NCBI RefSeq assembly: GCF_032191835.1
Contig: NC_083243.1
Span: forward strand, 180,544,001 to 180,608,000
DNA from: Heteronotia binoei
Taxonomy: Eukaryota
Length of the DNA stretch: 64,000 nt
Reading direction: 5' to 3'
Shown here: one piece after another, positions 22,832 to 35,899 of the stretch
Layout of the letters: the number at the start of each line of letters is the position of its first letter
How positions within the stretch are numbered: the stretch's first letter is position 1
Translations under genes and position numbers: made by a program
Notes under the pieces: model-generated
The model's input: only the letters and a program-made list of their open reading frames with translations
Databases searched by the model: none
Told to the model about the DNA's origin: nothing

Positions 22832-23204
22832 GTATAACCTGAAGTAACACCACTTGTTTCTGTGCTCAGAAGAATGGTGAACACATGCCAGAAACAGGCC
22901 TAGATTTCCTAAGACTAATTAAGAGAACCAGGACTTGTTTTGTAGAAAAAGGTCCAACAGGAACTCATTTGCATATTAGGCCACGCCCCCTGACACCAAG
23001 CCAGCCAGAACTGTTTTCCTGTGTGTTCCTGTTAAAAACAAAAACAAAAAAACCCTGAAGAGAACTGATCAAACCTCCAACAATTACAATTTGTGAATAT
23101 TAACAAAAAAAATCAGAATACTCTCAGGCACGTGAACTTTGACTGCCACAAATTCAGTTTTGTCCTTTAAAACCTAGGTGGCTTGGAACTGGGAATCTGA
23201 AGAT

Positions 23205-23470
23205 CTGTCTTCTCCCATATGTTCCCGCTCAGAAATTAAGATCACAGGGAGTCCTCCAGACTGCCCCACCAATCAATGAAGCTCATCTCATAGGCATATA
23301 AGACAGGGCCTTTTCAGTGGCAGCCTCCTAATTGTGGAACAACCTGCCCAGAGAGGGTCGCCTTGCTCTCTCACTTCCTGCACACCTGCCACCCCCCCCC
23401 CCTCACTTTTAATCTTCAGGAGGCAGCTGAAGACAGTTTTTATTTGGGACTTCATTTGAACTAATTTAGT
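23205..23470 (+). mobile_element. Old L2 3' fragment
   Basis: L.PY.P...LRS, RAFSVAA..LWN.LP, FRRQLKT.LF. Confidence 0.65.
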
Positions 23471-23782
23471 TTTTATTATCTGCTGTCCTAGCTGGAGTTT
23501 TTAATTTGTGATTTTTTTAACTTGTTAAAATTGTTGTATCATTCATACTGTTTTTATTCTGCTTTTATAATTGTTTGAGTTCTGCAAGGGAGAAAGACTA
23601 AATGTTCTAAATAAAAAGTTTAAAAAGTTTTCCAAGTCTGCAACATAGAAATATATTAGTATTTGGAAACCATATAGTTTCAGATTTGTAACTTGTGACA
23701 GTAACAAATCCCAATAGTTAAAAAAATCTATTTGTTTAAAAGACTTTTGTGCTGCCTTTCCACTTGATCAAATGGATATATG

Positions 23783-24263
23783 TAGGGTTGCCAAGTCCCA
23801 TTCAAGAAATATCTGGGGACTCTGGGGGTGGAGCCAGGAGACATTGGGGGTGGAGCCAGGAGCAAGGTTGTGACAAGCATAATTGAACTCCAAAGGGAGT
23901 TCTGGCTATCACATTTAAAGGGACTACACACTTTTTAAATGCCTTCCCTCCACTGGAAATAATGAAGGATAGGGGCACCTAGCCCAATCCTTTTGAAACT
24001 TGGAGGGTATTTTGAGGAGAGGCATTGGATGCTATGCTGAAAATTTGGTGCTCCTACCGCAAAAACCAGGCCCCCCCCCAGAGCCCCAGTTAACCACAGA
24101 TCAATTCTCCATTATACCCTATGGGAATCGGTCTCCATAGAGAATAATGGAGTGCCCAGCAGACATTTCCTCCCCACACACACACTTTCTGATGACCCTG
24201 AAGTGGGGGGAGGGCCTCCAAACCTGGGGATCCCCTGCCCCCACCTGGGAAGTGGCAACCCTA
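23783..24263. mobile_element. hAT MITE family A
   Basis: TIRs TAGGGTTGCCA / TGGCAACCCTA. Confidence 0.85.
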
Positions 24264-24273
24264 TATATGTGGT

Positions 24274-24455
24274 CAGGGCTTTTTTTGTAGCAGGAACTCC
24301 TTTGTATATTAAGCCACACACCTTTGAGGTAGCCAATCATCCAAGAGCTTACAGGGCTCTTCCTACAGGAACTCCTGTAAGCTCTCGGAGGACTGGCTAC
24401 ATCAAGGGTGTGTGGCCTGATAGGCAAAGGAGTTCCTGCTACAAAAAAAGCCCTG
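24274..24455. mobile_element. Palindromic hAT MITE family C
   Basis: TSD TATGT(G/T)GT. Confidence 0.85.
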
Positions 24456-24608
24456 TATGTTGTTGATTATACTGTACGATACGTGTATACAAGACCTTGC
24501 TCAGTCTCACAACAAACGCCAACACTACATAACATGTAATATACATTAAGAACCAAAAAGGCTAACTGGATACAAAACAAGGGGCTCAGTATTGATTTCA
24601 ATAAATAT

Positions 24609-25361
24609 GGGCTTTTTCACACAGTCTATGTATTCTGGTATGGAAGCTGGTCAGTTACTGAACAGTAACGGGTTTCTGCTGGCATTTCAGACAGACCCGA
24701 TTCAGTAACTGGCTGCTACCGGAATACTCTCACCTTTTCACACACTCCCGCAGCTGTCCCGGTAGTGAGGCATGCCTGAGTCATTACAAACAAAGAGCAG
24801 CTTCTTCCACTTTTCAACCCCTCCTTCCGGGTTGAAATTGCTATGGGGTGCTGTGTGAAATGTCCAGTATCTAACCCGGGAGCAGTTTTCGCGCCCTTTT
24901 TCGCCCGCCGGCGCGCGCGATCTCCGGCTTTTTTTTTTGGGAACGTTGGGCTAAGATCGCTATAGCGCTATAGTGACGTATCACAACAGCATCACCATAG
25001 GGATGCCTGGGCTCCATTAAGATGCCAGATATCGCCACTGCTGAAACCTGGTAACTTATCTCAATAGAGCCTAGCCATCTCTATGGTGTTGCTGTTGTGA
25101 TACATCGCTATAGCGCTATAGCGATCTTAGCCGACGTTTCAAAAAAATAATAAGCTGGAGATCGCGAGCCGGCAGGCAAAAACGGCTGGCGCTGGTGGAA
25201 GCGAGATAAGAGCGGAACAGTGTGAAATGGCTCGGTTCAATCACGGAACCCTACCGGAAAAAAAAACATGTGTCTGAAAACTCCCATCCCTGTCTCGGAT
25301 TACTGCAAGCGGCACAATACCGACTCCCTTCCGGTTTCCACTGGTAAGTGTGAAAAGGGCC
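24609..25361. mobile_element. PIF/Harbinger-like non-autonomous element with a palindromic core
   Basis: TIR GGGCTTTTTCACAC / GTGTGAAAAGGGCC; TAT on both sides; central inverted repeat at about 24900-25170. Confidence 0.75.
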
Positions 25362-25371
25362 TATAAAACAT

Positions 25372-25373
<2 letters not shown>

Positions 25374-25449
<76 letters not shown>
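25374..25449. repeat. (TA)n microsatellite
   Basis: Direct reading. Confidence 0.95.
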
Positions 25450-25451
<2 letters not shown>

Positions 25452-26214
25452 CAAATTATAATAATGCAAATTATACAAAAATACACGTATTTACCACAAA
25501 TTGGTTTTTACAACAGTTATAGGCCTCAATGTAGCCTCAATAAGGATACAATTCATACAATATTTCAAAATTAGGCTCTAGCACAAATGTTGCACGTAAG
25601 ATCAATTACTGCAACAATCGTATTAATCAATATAGGACCAAGGGAGCATTACGTTGATAGCTATCAGTGACTGAAGGCAAGGAAGTACCTTATAGGCCTT
25701 GTGTCCAAATCAGACACATGTGATCAGAGGTCATTTTGTAGAAAAAGAGGTGGTGGAGCTCATCCAGGAATTGTTAAGCAGCTGCATATACCATTCAATG
25801 GACAAGGAGGTGGAACTCTCAGGAGGCGGAACTCTCAGAAAGATTCAGGAGCTATGCTCCTGTGAGCTCCCACTGAATCGGAGACCTGCATGTAATCCAA
25901 ATGGTATTACAATTATGTACCTTCTGACTGTGATACAAAAGAATCAATTCTAGAAGCAATATGGAGTCATAGCATGTGTCATGGAGTCGTAGTAATATGG
26001 AGTCATGGTAAAAAAACAACATTGTTTGAAATCCCTTGCTGTATAAGCATCCTAGGTTTACCTAAGGTTGAGCTCCAGAATCTACATCGTTTTACATTTG
26101 AAGCTCTTCCTTATTGGTATAAACTGAGGTTAATTCGTGATCATTATTTCTCCTGACAGGGAGCATATACTGAATCATTTCAAAGCAAGTGTCTCATCAA
26201 GTCAGGGACTTGCC

Positions 26215-26984
26215 TAGGCTTCCCATTCCCCAGGTCCCAGCGGGGGATCCCCCATTTTTACAGACTTCTCCCCGCCCCCAGCCAGCTGGCTGGCAGGGGA
26301 AGCCCCGCCCCCCACAATCACCATGCAGTTTTAGAGCTCCTGCAGGTCCGTATTTAAAATATGTGCCTTTAAGGCTGAGCAGGAAGCAGGAAACAGGAAG
26401 GGCTTCGGAGAACGGCCCCTCCCTTTGTTTTGCTTTCGTTTTCAGATCAAGTAAAGTTCTGCAGGAACAAGACCCAGTAAGTATTTGTGTGTGAGAGAGA
26501 GGGAGCGGGCAGGGGATTCCCTGGTTTGGAGGCCCTCCCCCCTTTAGAAAGCAGGGGTGGGGAGGGAAATGTCTACTGGGTACTCTATTATTCCCTATGG
26601 AGAATGATTCCCATAGGGAATAATGGGGAATTGATATGTGGGTATTGGGGGCTCTGGGGGGGGGTCTATGTTTTGAAGTAGAGGTACCAAATTTTTAGTG
26701 TAGCATCTAGTGCCTCTCCCCAAAATACCCCCCCAAGTTTCAAAACGATTGGAAAAGGGGGTCCAATTCTATGAGCCCCAACAGATAGTGCCCCTATCCT
26801 TCATTATTTCCTATGGAAGAAAGGCATTTAAAAAGGTGTGCTGTCCCTTTAAATGTGATGGCCAGAACTCCCTTGGAGTTCAATTATGCTTGCCACACCC
26901 TTGTTCCTGGCTCCTCCCCCCAATGTCTCCTGGCTCCACCCCCAAAATCCCCAGATATTTCTTGAATTGGACTTGGCAACCCTA
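26215..26984. mobile_element. hAT MITE family A with extended left arm
   Basis: TAGGCTTCCCA start; the common right half ends GGACTTGGCAACCCTA. Confidence 0.8.
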
Positions 26985-27044
26985 CCCATGACTGTTCCAG
27001 TAGCAGAGGGACTTTCTTCCAATGGAAAGAGTCTTCCTCACTAG

Positions 27045-27203
27045 CAGGGGTCATTTTGTAGAAGAATAGGTGGTGAAGTTCATCCAGGGATTGTTATGCA
27101 GCTGCACCTACTATTCAATGGGCATGGTGGGATGGAGGAGGGGGAACCCTCAGGGAGATTCAGGAGCTGCACTCCTGTGAGCTCCTGCTGAATTCGAGGC
27201 TTG
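27045..27203. mobile_element. hAT MITE family D (second copy at about 25723-25890)
   Basis: Perfect TSD CTCACTAG. Confidence 0.8.
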
Positions 27204-27736
27204 CTCACTAGTAAAACCAAACTCAAGATTCAATCCTGTTGTTCAATGCACAGGCAGAAGTCCGGTAATTTCAACAGACTCATAAAGGATAAATTCCGAT
27301 TAGGATTCTATTGTAGTCATGGGCTAAATCCTCTAGATCTTTCCAAAATCAAACAGGCTGTCAATCAGACACCGGAGATAGACCACAATAACTGCTACAG
27401 AACCGATGCAGCAACTTGTATAACCATGTGTGCTTTCACTGTTTAATAGCTGGGTTCCATCGAAGAGGACAAAGCCACATCTCCAATTTGCAGATCACAC
27501 ATTTTCAGGCCTATGAAGCATAACAGGCCCATGATTAACATGCTGGGTTTACAATCCATTTCAAACATTTATGATTCTAAAATTTATCGTTAATACCTTT
27601 CGTGGTTAGACTCAGTTTAGGAATAGCTTAATTTCACATTAGCTAAACCCAGTAGTGATTTTATATGGTTTAACCTTGAATCAGCATTCAAGAAGATTTT
27701 GCCTCCTTTCTGCAATAAGTCCCAGTGCTTCCCGCC

Positions 27737-28228
27737 TAGGGTTGCCAAGTCCAATTCAAGAAATATCTGGGGATTTTGGGGGTGGAGCCAGGAGACTTCG
27801 GGGGCGGAGCCAGGAACAAGGGTGTGACAAGCATAATTGAACTCCAAGGGAGCTCTGGCCATCACATTTAAAGGGATGGCACACCTTTTCAATTCCTCCC
27901 TTCCATAGGAAATCATTTTGGGGCTCATGGAATTGGACCCCCTGGTCCAATCTTTTTGAAACTTGGGGCGTATTTTGGGGAGAGGCACTAGATGCTCTTC
28001 TGAAAGTTTGTTGCCTCTACCCCAAAACGCAGCCCCCCCAGAGCCCCAGATACCCGCAGATCAATTTTCCATGATTTTCTATGGGAATAAATCTCCATAG
28101 GGAATAACAGAGTTCCCAGCAGACATTTCCCTCCCTTCCCCCCGCTTTCTGACGACCCTGAAGCGAGGGGGGGGGAGAGTCTCTAAACCGGGGGATCCCC
28201 TGCCCCCACCTGGGGATTGGCAACCCTA
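27737..28228. mobile_element. hAT MITE family A
   Basis: TIRs plus perfect TSD TTCCCGCC. Confidence 0.9.
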
Positions 28229-29444
28229 TTCCCGCCCCTGCCCCCCCCCCCCCTTCAGCCTATGTTAGGTCTCTGAAGCCTTTGAGCTCCTTGAACATTC
28301 TGGAAGGAAGGGCTAACCACTTTCGCTAGCGTAGGGCTGCCCTTCAAAATGGGGCACCTATGAATGCAAAAAGAAGTGTTTTATTCTAGGTCCTTGAACA
28401 GGACAAGAAGAGCAACAGGTGTGCTAGGAAGGCCTGCCAGTAAATCAAGCCAATAAACAGGTGACAGCAAAGAACAAACCAACAAAAAGAGAGAGAATGA
28501 CTGTGAGAGAATATTACAACCTGCTTTTTTTCTGCTGCAGAAGGCCATACCCCTTGTAAAAACATCCCAGTTCATCCATAATAGCCCAAGGCTGTTGCCC
28601 CTGCTGTGCGCATTACAGCCTGAGATATTAGGCATTAAAACCTCGAGTCGTTCGAACACCAAATTACTGACACTGCTGTTAACACAAATAACAAATGATC
28701 TCTCTTTGAAAAGCCTCGTAAAAACAGAGCATCCAATTTAAGTGTGTGTCTGCCATTTGTTCTGAAAAGAAGAGGGGAAAGTTCTCACAACCGTATTCTG
28801 TGCCCCACAGCCTGCTGAGCCAGAGATAAGTGTGACTCTATCTCCAAGTTCTATTAGTAAATATAAATTATGCATTTTCTCTTGGGGTGTTAACAGCACA
28901 ACTGCCCAGTCAATAACATGATCCCAGAGCTTTCAGAGTGCTAGTAAACAAAGCAACACAGAAAGCCTGTGGCAAACAGAAAACTCCACAGTATTTCTCA
29001 TCCAGCATCAACAAGACAACAGAGGAGAAGTGACTCCATGGAACCATTCCCAACCTTTAAAAATTCATGTTAGAAGCTTTGACTTCATGTCTTTTTGTAG
29101 GAGAACACAAGGGAATTTCTGGAAAGGTGCTCCTAGCACTCCATCTGTACATTGGTGTATATAGTACCTGCATTTCCTATTTTCACCCCAAGTAGCCTTC
29201 TACTGCATTTGTACACTCCCAGTGATCTAGCAGTCTAATGACCACCTGTCTCCCTTCCTTGGCACTTTTTTATTAATGTGTTCAAGTACTTTTTTTATTA
29301 ATGTGCTTATTGGAGTACAAAGAACAAACTTCCACTATTCAAAATAATACATTATTTTTTAAAATGGTACAATTGATCATGGTATCTTTCTGGAGATGTG
29401 GTGCTGGGGGACCACTGCTGGGAAACCACTGCTCCAACCCTTGG

Positions 29445-29650
29445 CCTATGGGGTCCTGCAAGTTTCTAACTTGCCTATATTGTTTTTCAACATCTAGGTA
29501 AAGTCTCTGGGAGAAGTCATCTGTAGATCTGGACTGAGTTTCTATCTATATGTGGATGACACTCTCATCAATCCTGCACTTCCAGAAGATCCAGGGAGGC
29601 TGTGGAAACTGTAAGCAGGTGCCTGGAGGGAGTTTTGGAATGGGTGCATT
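29445..29650 (+). mobile_element. Old L2 RT fragment
   Basis: GVLQ...LFNI..K.LGEVI...GL....YVDDT. Confidence 0.6.
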
Positions 29651-29694
29651 TGCACCTTTGAGTATATGTATCCAGAACAGATCAATGTATAATA

Positions 29695-29867
29695 AGAACG
29701 AGTGTAGTATAGTGGTCAGAGTGCTAGAGTGGGACCCAGAAGACCCATGTTCAAATCTTCACTCTTTAATGGGAGTTTGCTGGATGATCCTGGGCCAGTC
29801 ACACACTCAGCCTACTTCACAGGGTTATTGAGGAAAAAATGGAGGACAGGAAAATGATGTAAGGTGC
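29695..29867 (+). mobile_element. Older CORE-type SINE split by the Gypsy insertion (continues at 33877-33915)
   Basis: tRNA-like head and CORE CTTCACAGGGTT; the tail TTTGGATCCCCACTGGG resumes after the TSD. Confidence 0.6.
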
Positions 29868-30182
29868 TGTAATGTATTAGTGTTGTTAACTGAATGTTTG
29901 AGCTTGAGGCAGGTGCCTATTACTCTCTTGGATTTTGATGTCTGCATTCTGATTGGCCATTCTCTCAGAACTGGCCAATCAGAATGTGAGGGATTTCTCT
30001 AGGAAGTACATATGAAGGATCCTGAAGAGGAGAATAGGATTGGCTGGTGCCTGCCAGAAAGGCATGGTTGAAAATTTCCTAACTGTATGTAGTTCACTAA
30101 TGTGGCTGGTTGTTCTTGTGACTGTTCTTGCTAATAAACGAGTTCTGTTGAGATGAGAGCTGTCTGGACTCACTATTTAACA
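29868..30182 (+). repeat. 5' LTR of the old Gypsy
   Basis: TGTAATG...TTTAACA, followed by the PBS; homologous to 33338-33871. Confidence 0.9.
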
Positions 30183-30317
30183 CTGGTGATGAGGATGGGA
30201 TCCTTGCTTGGGTAGGCAGCCCCAAGAACTGAGATGAATCACTGAGCTGCATCACTTTGCCAGTGAGGAACTGTCGCCTCAACATCCAGCATGCAGTCAC
30301 CCTGTCATCCAGTCAGT

Positions 30318-33060
30318 ATGGCCGCCAAGGGCCACATTGAGCCATTTGATCCAGCAGCAGTAGACTGGGGCCGGTACATCATTCGATTTAAGTACTACCT
30401 CATGGCCAATGCCGAGGCCAAGAAGAAGAAAGCTACATTTTTCAGCATCTGTGAGTGGCCTACTTTTGAGGTTGCTTGAGCTCTCACCTTACCAGCACTA
30501 CTGTGAGATGTGTCATTTGCCTTGAAACCTAAGATCAAGGAAGAACTGGACCGTCTGATCACCCAAGGAGTCCTGGAACCCATATCCCAGGCTCACTGGG
30601 AAACTCCAGTTGTGACCCCACTAAAGGCAAATGGGGCCATCTGCATCTGTGCTGATTACAAGTGCACAATCAATAAAGCACTTCAGCAGCATGCATATCC
30701 AGTTCCTGTGGTGAGCAGTGTTCCCTGTAAACTGAGTTAGGGTTAGTTAGCTCACAGATTTTTAGCCTCCAGCTCACAGATTTTTGCTTTAGCACATGAA
30801 GGATGGCCCCAGAGCGCAATAATTTATGCAGTAGCTTACAACTTTAATGCTAGTAGCTCACAACTTTAATACCAGTAGCTCACAAAGTAGAATTTTTGCT
30901 CACAAGTCTCTGCAGCTTAGAGGGAACATTGGTGGTGAGTCATCTGCTGGAATCACTGTCTAGTGGGAAGATCTTCACCAAACTCAACTCTTCACCAAAT
31001 AAGCATACCAGCAACTCTCTGTGGATGACACCACTGCAGAAGCCCAGACCATTGTCACCCACTGAAGTGCCTTCAAGGTGAAGCAGCTGCAGTTTGGGGT
31101 TAATGTGGCTCCAGGCATCTTCTATAGTTTGACTGAAGGTATTTTGAAAGGAATTCCAGGGGTCATTACCTCTTTTGATGATGTGCTGATATCTGAGGAC
31201 TCTGCTGCAGAACTGTCTGACTGTCTCCGAGAGGTCCTCTGCAGATCGCAAAATGCTGACCTGAAGGTACAGAGAGAAAAGTGTCAATTTGGGGTTCCAC
31301 AGGTTGAGTTCCTGGGGTTCCTCATTGACACTACTGGCATTCCCTCAACAGCCACCAAAGTGAAGGCAATCTACAGCGTGCCTCCACCTAGGTCAAAGAA
31401 GAAACTCCAGTCATTCTTAGATCTGCTGAACTTCTACCATTCATTTCTGCCACACAAGGCATCGCTTGTTGAACCTCTGCACAGACTCCTAGAAACTAGG
31501 AATTCCTGGGTATGGGCCCAAAAGAAAACAAGGCTTTTGCCACTGTCAAGGACTTGCTATCATCTGGCAGTGTGCTGACACACTTTGACGAGCTAAAACC
31601 ACTTGTCCTTGCTTGAGACCAGCTGTCTGATGGATGGGAAGCCCCTACTGCTTACTACTCCCGAACTCTGTCCTTGGCTCAGCGAAACTACACCCAAATC
31701 AAGAAGGAGGCACTTGGTGTCATAGCTGGAGTAAAGAAATTTCATGATTATTTATATGGCAGACACTTTGACATTGTAACTGACCACAAACCACTCTTAG
31801 AACTGTTTGCGTCTGACTTCCAGATTCCACAAATCCTGTCACCGCAAATGATGCCCTGGTCTGTGTTCCTGTCAGCTTACACTCTTTGCTGCAGACTGGG
31901 CAAGGCTTTGGGACCTGACAATGCCCTCAGCCATCTGCCTGGCAAAGCCGCCGATCCATCTCCAGTTCACAGCATCATGCTGCTCAAGGATCTCCCTCAA
32001 CTGCCTCTCCACGTCTCTGATGTAGCTGCCCATACAGCCAAAGATTGCACCTTGTCAAAGGTTCTGAACTGAGTGTGGAGGGGGTGGCCAATAGGCTGTT
32101 TTGATGCTGAATTCCAGCCTTTCAGTTCCCGCCAACACAAACTGTCAGTGCACAAGTGGTGTCTGCTCTGGGAGAACCACACTGTCATTCTGCCCAAGCT
32201 GAGACAACAGGTACTACACGTCAATCATCCGGGCATCATCTGCATGAAAACTCTGGGCCGCAGCTATGTATGGTGGCCAGGGTTGGATAAGGCTATTGAA
32301 GAGTGGGTCTGGTCTTGCCAGCAGTGCCAGGTTCTCACCCTGCAGTGCCACAGGCTCCAGTCCAGTCATGGTAGACAACATGCACACTGTAGTAAAGACT
32401 CCACATTGATTTTGTGGGTCCCTTCCAGGGACAAGCTTTCCTCATCATTGTGGACTCCTACTCTAAGTTGCTGGAAGTCATTCCAGTGTCTACTGTGATG
32501 TCTACAGTTGTCATCCACTCTCTACAGCATCTGTTTGCAACTCATGACCTGTCAGACACTATTGTATCAGACAATGAGGCTCAGTTCATGTCAGCAGAGT
32601 TCCAGCACTTCCTGGCCAGCAATGTGATCCGGCACACCATGACAACCCCTTTCCACCCATCCACAAATGGGCAGGCAGAGCGGATGGCGCAAACAATGAA
32701 ATACTCATTCTGCAGGATTGTCCAGAGAGACTGGCACTTTAGGCTGGACGATTTCCTATTACAGCAACGCATCACTCCTCATATGACTACTGGATGGAGC
32801 CTGGCTGAACTCCTCATGAAAAGGAGACTCATCACCCTCCTGGACAGACTTAAAGACAGACCAGCCACCATGCACGGAGATCCAGGATGGGTGTTCCAGC
32901 CAGCAGATCAGGTCTACACCCGAAACTATGGGGATGGACTGGCCTGGATCCCTGCAACAGTCATCAAGGCAATCAGACTGGTGTTGTACTGGGTCACTAC
33001 ATCAGATGGCAGGATCCTGAGCTGGCACATTGATCAGCTCAGGTGTCGATGGTTGGACTG
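30318..33060 (+). pseudogene. Gypsy gag N-terminus fused to RT-RH-IN remnants
   Basis: GHIEPFD...W..Y..RF.Y...AN (gag); KIKEELDRL..QGVLEP...W.TPVV; QFGVNVAPGIF, DDVLI; NYTQI.KEAL, TDHKPL; H..HPGI..MK.LGRSYVWWPG; SDN..QF.S.EF, FHPSTNGQAER. Confidence 0.9.
30716..30931. mobile_element. hAT MITE inserted in the Gypsy RT
   Basis: TIR CAGTGTTCCCT / AGGGAACATTG; perfect TSD GTGGTGAG. Confidence 0.88.
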
Positions 33061-33337
33061 GCACCACTGACAGACTTGGACTTGAGGCCACAACTGGCTA
33101 CCCCTGCTGATGGATCTATTGCATATGACTCTGTGGCTCCTTTGTCGGCAGCTCCTGCACCCACCAAGGACATTGCAGGTCAGAGTTCAGAGCCAGGCCC
33201 GGATTCCGCTTCTCCTCACAAAGCAAGCCCCATGCCCGATACAGCACTGGTGGAAGAGCTGTGGTGCCCACTGCATTCCTATGCCAAGTAGTTAAGATAT
33301 GTTTAAAGAGAAGCTACTTTCAATTCCAAACTAAGGA

Positions 33338-33871
33338 TGTTATGTATTAGTGTTGTTAATTGAATGTTTGTCTGAACTTTAGGCAGGCACCCATTACTCT
33401 ATAGGAACCTGATGCCTGCATTCCATTTGGCCATTCTCTTGGATTTGGCCAATCAGGATGCAAGGCATTTCTCCAGGAAATGAAGGATCCCAGAGAGCAG
33501 AATAGGATTGGCTGGTGCCTGCCAGAGAGGCATGGTTGAAACTTTCCCAACAGTATATGGATTGCTGTTGTGGCTGGTTGTTCCTGTGACTGTTCTTTCT
33601 AATGGACATATGGACATATGAAGCTGCCTTATACTGAATCAGACCCTTGGTCCATCAAAGTCAGTATTGTCTACTCAGACTGGCAGCGGCTCTCCGGGGT
33701 CTCAAGCTGAGGTTTTTCACACCTATTTGCCTGGACCCTTTTTTGGAGATGCCAGGGATTGAATCTGGGACCTTCTGCTTCCCAAGCAGATGCTCTACCA
33801 CTGAGCCACCGTCCGTGCCCAAATAAACAAGTTGTGTTGAGATGAGAGCTGTCTGGACCCACTATTTAACG
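33338..33871 (+). repeat. 3' LTR of the old Gypsy, split by a SINE at 33604-33820
   Basis: TGTTATG...TTTAACG followed by TSD GGTGC. Confidence 0.88.
33604..33820 (-). mobile_element. Same tRNA-derived SINE family, inserted in the Gypsy 3' LTR
   Basis: Reverse-complement match to 7709-7921. Confidence 0.9.
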
Positions 33872-34238
33872 GGTGCTTTGGATCCCCACTGGGTAAAAAA
33901 GATGGAGCGTAAACTGAGCCAATAAAAAAACCTCCGCCATTGCCATCTAGGATGAAAACCTTGAGAGAGACTAGGAAGAAAAAAAGCTGCTAATGGCTCA
34001 AAGGGAGCTAACATCAGTTAAGCTAAGATCCCAGAAAAAGACCATTGGGGTACTATGGGAGCCCCGGAGAGGTTAAAGATCACATAACTCTTTGAGGAAC
34101 ACTTTGGAAGATTGGTGTGAAAAACCAGTGTTGTATTTATCTGTAACTGTTGTTCAAGTTGTTTTCTGTGCAGGCAAATACTGGGACTGCACTTGCATAA
34201 ACTGACCACCGGAGGGCTTTTCCAGCAATTTCTAGGGT

Positions 34239-34756
34239 TAGGGTTGCCAAGTCCAATTCAAGAAATATCTGGGGACTTTGGGGGTGGAGCCAGGAGACTT
34301 TGGGGGTGGGGCCAGGAGACATGGGGCGGAGCCAGGAGCAAGGGTGTGACAAGCATAATTGAACTCCAAGAGAGTTCTGGCCATCACATTTAAAGGAACA
34401 GCACACCTTTTAAAATGCCTTCCTTCCATAGAAAATAATGAAGGATAGGGGCACCTTCTTTTGGGGCTCATAGAATTGGACCCCCTGACCCATTCCTTTT
34501 GAAACTTGGGAGGTATTTTGGGGAGAGGCACTAGATGCTATACTGAAAATTTGGCACCTCTATTTCAAAAAACAGCCCCCCCCAGAGCCCCCAATACCCG
34601 CAGATCAATTCCCCATCATTCCCTATGGGACTTGTTCATGGAGGTGCATAATGGCTTTGGGGGCGGGGCTTCCCCCGCCGGCCAGCTGGCTGGGGGAGGG
34701 GGGAAGCCTGTAAAACCGGGGGATCCCCCGCTGGGCCCTGGGGATTGGGAAGCCTA
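34239..34756. mobile_element. hAT MITE family A (variant arm)
   Basis: Perfect TSD TCTAGGGT. Confidence 0.88.
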
Positions 34757-35899
34757 TCTAGGGTTAAAAGAAACCTTGGGAGAGTTCCTCCCCTTCAGAG
34801 CTACAGTGGGGCCTTACTGCCAAGGACTTCCAATTTCCCACACGTTCCAACCCCGCGACTTAAATTTTTAACATTTTATTTCTGGTGCTTGTCGTCACTA
34901 CCGCTGGCAAGCCCCACGCCACCCTCTCTCACCGGCCGCCGTCTCTCCTTGTGGGCAAGCTGGCAAGGCCAGCGCTGCACCTGCTGCCCTCCGATCCCAT
35001 GCCATGGCCACCTTCTGGAGGCTTCTCCCGAATCTCAACCTGTCCATTACCCGTAAGAGAGGTAGCTCCACATCCCGGTCCCATCCCCTCCAGCAAAAAC
35101 TTGCAGCGCCACACCAGCAGGCCTTGATTGGTGCCATCTTTTACAGAGGGAGGAGAAGCCCCCAACCATCCACCATCCCAGCCCCAAAGGGAGAAACGTT
35201 TGTCAGCCAGGCTTCCACAAAGCTGCCCCCAACGGGGGAGGCCGACACAATCACCCTGGGGGAGAGGTGGCAAGCTGGCACATGCCCATAGGAAATTTCT
35301 CTTGCATACTGTGACCCCAGGCAGGCTTACTTGGGAGGAAGTCTCCTGCAACTGCAATGGCGCTTCTTCCAGAGGAAAGCTTCCCTATGGCCAGCCTGCA
35401 ACGATGATCGACTTTCCGGGCCAAATGGAATGCAAGCCAGCGCAGCTTCCACCTCCATAGGAGAAAAGTGCTTTTACGGTGCTGCTGGTTGAATCCTGAC
35501 CCACATAGTGGCCTCCTTTCAAAGAGCCTTCCCTGTTCACAGGGGTCTCACGAGAGAGCCCCCTTCCCTGAGAAAACAGTCCACTGCTAGGGCTGATCTA
35601 TGCAGGTGGGCAGGTGAGAGGCTTACGTGGATGGACCAGTTTGCAAAGACCAGCTGGGGCAAGGGGCCAGCCAGTGTGTGTGTTTATTTTATTTGATCTT
35701 TACAGCAAGGACATGTCTGGGGCTGCTTTGGGGGGGGGCACCACTTTCCCCAGCTTCCACCCCTTAAAATTTCCTGGCTACAGGCCCAACACAAGTGATC
35801 ATTTTCCCACTCAAATGGTCCCAGAGTCTGGGGAGTGATGCTTCCTTTTCCCTCAGTTCTCCTGAGCCACCATTAATTATATACATGAAGAGCTCACAG

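Larger units (their letters stand above)
29868..33871 (+). mobile_element. Old Ty3/Gypsy LTR element (Mag-like), internally deleted and decayed
   Basis: LTRs 29868-30182 and 33338-33871 (TG...CA/CG), 5-bp TSD GGTGC (29863-29867 and 33872-33876), PBS TGGTGATGAGGATGGGAT, and gag, RT, RH and IN remnants. It interrupts a CORE-type SINE. Confidence 0.92.

Noticed and set aside
25350-25574. IY-repeat ORF
   Set aside because: Translation of a (TA)n microsatellite.
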